A stretch of 64,000 bases of DNA. It comes from Syntrophorhabdaceae bacterium (lineage in GTDB: Bacteria; Desulfobacterota; Syntrophorhabdia; Syntrophorhabdales; Syntrophorhabdaceae). The stretch lies in assembly GCA_963666485.2 (NCBI GenBank), contig CAXXUO010000003.1, positions 64,001 through 128,000 on the forward strand, in the 5' to 3' direction. A program made the position numbers and the translations under genes. Shown in pieces: positions 60,610 to 64,000 of this stretch. A model generated the notes under the pieces. That model made no database searches. It worked only from the letters and a program-made list of their open reading frames with translations, and had not been told where the DNA came from. The first letter of the stretch is position 1. Each line of letters starts with the position of its first letter.

Positions 60610-62980
60610 AAGACGGACCATTGCAGCACCGAAGGATATTTTCCGCGATCTTTCGCTGAAAGGGAAGCTCATCATCATTTTCGTCATCTCGATCATGGTG
60701 ATCCTCGGGATGATGGGGACGATCATCACCATAAACGAGATCTATTCCGCCCGGAAAATATTCATTTCAGATTCCGAGGGCATCATGCGGACTGTTGGAA
60801 CGAACAGTGCCGCGGCCCTGATGTTTCAAAACAGGAAAGACGCCGAGGACACGATCAGGGTGCTGCGTGTTTTTCCCGATGTGAAGCACGCGTCGGTCAC
60901 CAGTATGGACGGCGGCTTTTATGCCGAATATAATCGCGACGATGCGTACACTGGACCGCCGGCGGACCGCCGGCCGAAAACCGGCCACACTTTCTCCACC
61001 TCCGAGGCGCAGTTTGCTCAGGCCATCCTCCTCGACAATGAACAGGTCGGGAAGATCTATCTTGTCCGCGACCTGACGAGATTCTACAGTAGTCTCTATA
61101 AGAACGTCGGCATCGTCATGTTCGCTATATTTGCCTCCCTGATCATCGGGTACCTGCTTTCCATATATTTTCAGCGCGTGATCAGAGACCCGATAACCGA
61201 GCTCCTTGGTACGATGAGGACGGTCACAGCAGAGAAAAGATACGGCCTGAGGGCCGACATTACGGGAAAGGATGAGATCGGGGAACTGGCGCACGGTTTC
61301 AACGAGATGCTTGAAAAGATCGAGGAGCGTGACGCGGAGCTGATCGGGCATCGGCAGCACCTCGAAGAGATCGTGAGAAAAAGGACGGGGGAACTGATCA
61401 GGGTCAACGAGGACCTTACCCACGAACTGGAAGAACGCAGGAAATTCGAAAGGGCACTCCAGGAATCGGAGGAGAGATACCGTGCAATTTTCCAGAATAC
61501 GGGCAACGCGAGCGTGATCATCGAAGAGAACGGGATAATATCGCTTGCCAACGAAGAATTCTCCAGACTCACCGGATATGAACTGGACGCGGTTGTTGGC
61601 AAGCTGCCGTGGACCGCATTCACCCACCCGGACCACGTCGACCGCATGGTTGAATACCACGCATTGAGAAGGATGGGCCGCGAAGTGCCTTCGAAGTATG
61701 CCTTCAGGCTCCTGCACAAATCGGGCAGGGTCCTGGATGTCCATGTCACCGTTGGGATTCTGCCCGGGTCACTCAGGAGCATTGCATCTATAGTCGACCT
61801 CACCGAATCGAAGGCGCTCGAGGAGCAGCTCCTGCAGTCTCAAAAAATGGAAGCGGTCGGCCAGCTCGCTGCGGGGGTGGCGCACGATTTCAATAATATC
61901 CTGACCGCCATCATTGGCTACGGAAACCTGCTTCAGCTCCGGTTCGGCCAGGACACACCGGAGCGGACGTATGCCGATTCCATCCTCGGCGCCGCCGAGC
62001 GGGCTGCTTCACTCACCCAGGGACTTCTTGCATATGGCAGGAAGCAGGTCATTGCCCCGAAGAATATCGACCTCAATGTGTCGATCAGGAGCATGGAAGG
62101 CCTTCTTCGCAGAATGATCGGGGAGGATATTGACCTGAGGTGCATGTACGCGGACCATGACATACCTGTGCTTGCCGACTCCGGCCAGATAGGCCAGGTG
62201 GTCATGAACCTCGGGACAAATGCCCGGGACGCCATGCCGCACGGGGGTGTGCTGACTATGAGCACATCTACTATTATGGTTGAGAAAGACCGGGGGACCG
62301 AACCGGGGATGGCACCGGGTCCTTATGCCCTCCTCAAAGTGAGCGATGTAGGGCAGGGGATGACGAAGGAGGTTGCCGAACGCATCTTCGAGCCCTTTTT
62401 TACCACGAAGGGGATGGGCAAGAGTACGGGACTCGGTCTTTCGATCGTGTACGGCATCGTGAGCCAGCACTCCGGGCACATACATGTTCAAAGCGAACCC
62501 GGTAAAGGGACTGTCTTTTCGATCTATTTTCCCCTTATCGATCCCGGTCCGCTCGACGTGGTGGATGAAAAAGCCGAGCCTCCGACGGAGGTTGGCCGGG
62601 GACGGGAGACAATCCTCATTGCCGAGGACGACGAAACGGTCAGGAAATACATGACGACCGTCCTGAGTGAATTCGGCTATATCGTCATAGAGGCGCCGGA
62701 CGGCGAAGATGCCTTGAAAATATTTGAGACACGCAAGGATGATATCGACCTGTTGCTCCTCGACGTCGTCATGCCGAGGATGAACGGAAAGGTGGTCTAT
62801 GACAATGCGCGGAAATTGAGGCCCGGTGTCAGGACGATCTTTATGAGCGGTTATACGGCCGATATCATTCACAAGAAAGGCCTGAAAGAAGAAGGGATAA
62901 ACTTTATTTCCAAACCCGTCGTCATCAAGGAACTGCTCGGCAGGATCAGGTCCGTCCTTGACGATGTCCCGCAAGACTGA
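60602..62980 (+). CDS. Hybrid sensor histidine kinase (periplasmic CHASE8-like, HAMP, PAS, HisKA, HATPase, REC)
   Basis: AAALMF, DEIGELA, AHDFNN, FEPFFTTK, GLGLS, LLDVVMP. Confidence 0.92.
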   Translation: MSRRRTIAAPKDIFRDLSLKGKLIIIFVISIMVILGMMGTIITINEIYSARKIFISDSEGIMRTVGTNSAAALMFQNRKDAEDTIRVLRVFPDVKHASVTSMDGGFYAEYNRDDAYTGPPADRRPKTGHTFSTSEAQFAQAILLDNEQVGKIYLVRDLTRFYSSLYKNVGIVMFAIFASLIIGYLLSIYFQRVIRDPITELLGTMRTVTAEKRYGLRADITGKDEIGELAHGFNEMLEKIEERDAELIGHRQHLEEIVRKRTGELIRVNEDLTHELEERRKFERALQESEERYRAIFQNTGNASVIIEENGIISLANEEFSRLTGYELDAVVGKLPWTAFTHPDHVDRMVEYHALRRMGREVPSKYAFRLLHKSGRVLDVHVTVGILPGSLRSIASIVDLTESKALEEQLLQSQKMEAVGQLAAGVAHDFNNILTAIIGYGNLLQLRFGQDTPERTYADSILGAAERAASLTQGLLAYGRKQVIAPKNIDLNVSIRSMEGLLRRMIGEDIDLRCMYADHDIPVLADSGQIGQVVMNLGTNARDAMPHGGVLTMSTSTIMVEKDRGTEPGMAPGPYALLKVSDVGQGMTKEVAERIFEPFFTTKGMGKSTGLGLSIVYGIVSQHSGHIHVQSEPGKGTVFSIYFPLIDPGPLDVVDEKAEPPTEVGRGRETILIAEDDETVRKYMTTVLSEFGYIVIEAPDGEDALKIFETRKDDIDLLLLDVVMPRMNGKVVYDNARKLRPGVRTIFMSGYTADIIHKKGLKEEGINFISKPVVIKELLGRIRSVLDDVPQD

Positions 62981-63062
62981 CCGCCCGGGCAAGCGGCAGG
63001 GCAGCCGGAAGAAATGACCGTGCGATAGCGCGTTGCCAGACCGGGCTCGAGGCAAAATTGTC

Positions 63063-63091
63063 TTGACAAACAAGGCGTATGATTATAATTT
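63063..63091 (+). promoter_or_regulatory. Putative sigma70 promoter of secD
   Basis: TTGACA followed by TATAAT (15-nt spacer) or TAATTT (17-nt spacer). Confidence 0.45.
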
Positions 63092-63145
63092 GGTTGTACT
63101 TTTTGAGCATTTAGTTTATCGAATCCACCCGAATGAGGTTAATAC

Positions 63146-64000
63146 GTGATCAAATCACTAAAATTGAGATTTATTCTCATTCTTGTATTTCTCGTTGTAT
63201 CGATAGTCTTTTGCCTGCCTAACATCGTTGATTTAGAAGGGATCTGGAAAAAATACCTTCCGAGCGACAAGATCCATCTTGGGTTGGACTTAAAAGGCGG
63301 CATGCACCTGCTTCTCGAACTCGATACGGCCAAGCTCATGGACAATATCGTGGAGCGGAAGACGAACAGCCTTAAGGATGCGATGATATCCGACGGCGTC
63401 AGGTTCCTCGGCATCGACAGGAAAGGAAGCAGCATTCTCGTCACGATACGGCCGGACCAGAAAGAGAAGCTGTTCAATGTGGTGGGTACGAAATTTGCCG
63501 ATCTCAAGGCGGGCACCCCGAGGACTGAAGGGGACCTGATGCACATCGATTTCCTTATTCCTGACAAAGACCTTGCCTCGATCAAAGATAATGCCGTGAA
63601 CCAGGCCCTCGAGACGATACGGAACAGGATAGACCAGTTTGGCGTCTCCGAGCCCGTCATTATCAAACAGGGTGAAAACCAGATACTGGTCCAGCTTCCG
63701 GGCATCAAGGACCCGCAAAGGGCCCTCGAACTTATCGGCAAGACCGCTCAGCTCGAATTCAAGCTTGTCGATGACGCGGCGACAGCCAGCGGCGGCACCG
63801 GTCCCATTCCGGCCGACGAGGAGGTCCTGAAGATACGGTCAAAGAACAGGGAGACCGGGGTAGAGACCACCGCACCCATCGTCCTCAAGAAGCAGCCGCT
63901 TCTCACAGGGGAGTTGCTCACGGACGCCAGGGTGCACATGGGCGGCAGGGATATCGGCAGCGAAATATCGGTGGGCCTCGAGTTCAACTCGGAAGGCGCG
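63146..64000 (+). CDS. secD: Protein translocase subunit SecD, 5' part
   Basis: Manual translation from GTG 63146: IHLGLDLKGGMHLLLE...IRNRIDQFGVSEP...ILVQLPG; runs off the window. Confidence 0.95.
   Translation, partial: MIKSLKLRFILILVFLVVSIVFCLPNIVDLEGIWKKYLPSDKIHLGLDLKGGMHLLLELDTAKLMDNIVERKTNSLKDAMISDGVRFLGIDRKGSSILVTIRPDQKEKLFNVVGTKFADLKAGTPRTEGDLMHIDFLIPDKDLASIKDNAVNQALETIRNRIDQFGVSEPVIIKQGENQILVQLPGIKDPQRALELIGKTAQLEFKLVDDAATASGGTGPIPADEEVLKIRSKNRETGVETTAPIVLKKQPLLTGELLTDARVHMGGRDIGSEISVGLEFNSEGA

Overview
A 64-kb bacterial chromosomal window of mostly housekeeping genes. Gene content suggests an anaerobic deltaproteobacterium/Desulfobacterota, possibly Syntrophorhabdus-like (inference). 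In order: 3' end of fhs, tamB-tamA, an AbrB/RelE-type toxin-antitoxin pair, purL, panBCD with a pan RNA motif and attenuator, a DUF39/tRNA-thiolation cluster, rpsB-tsf-pyrH-frr-uppS-cdsA-dxr-rseP-tsaB, cobA/hemD, alpha-2-macroglobulin/pbpC, a cold-shock gene, the bamA-skp-lpxD-fabZ-lpxA-(gnnA-like)-lpxB-msbA-waaA-mazG operon, nth, MTA salvage genes, ligA, a TonB receptor/YfiR/hybrid kinase module and the 5' end of secD. The unusual content is intergenic and nested. (1) Two short GIY-YIG nuclease genes are each bracketed by a perfect 35-40 bp inverted pair of CGTC-tagged palindromic REPs; gene-less REP pairs of each subtype occur elsewhere, and tandem amplifications (16 x 19 bp; about 250 bp) lie next to the nuclease genes. 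(2) About ten loci carry 7-bp-period tandem arrays, mostly as inverted arms that begin 0-12 nt from stop codons and enclose the REP cassettes. Also found: a UGA-recoded secreted rhodanese selenoprotein candidate missed by the ORF track, and two homopolymer frameshifts (DUF374 A9; cobA G5).
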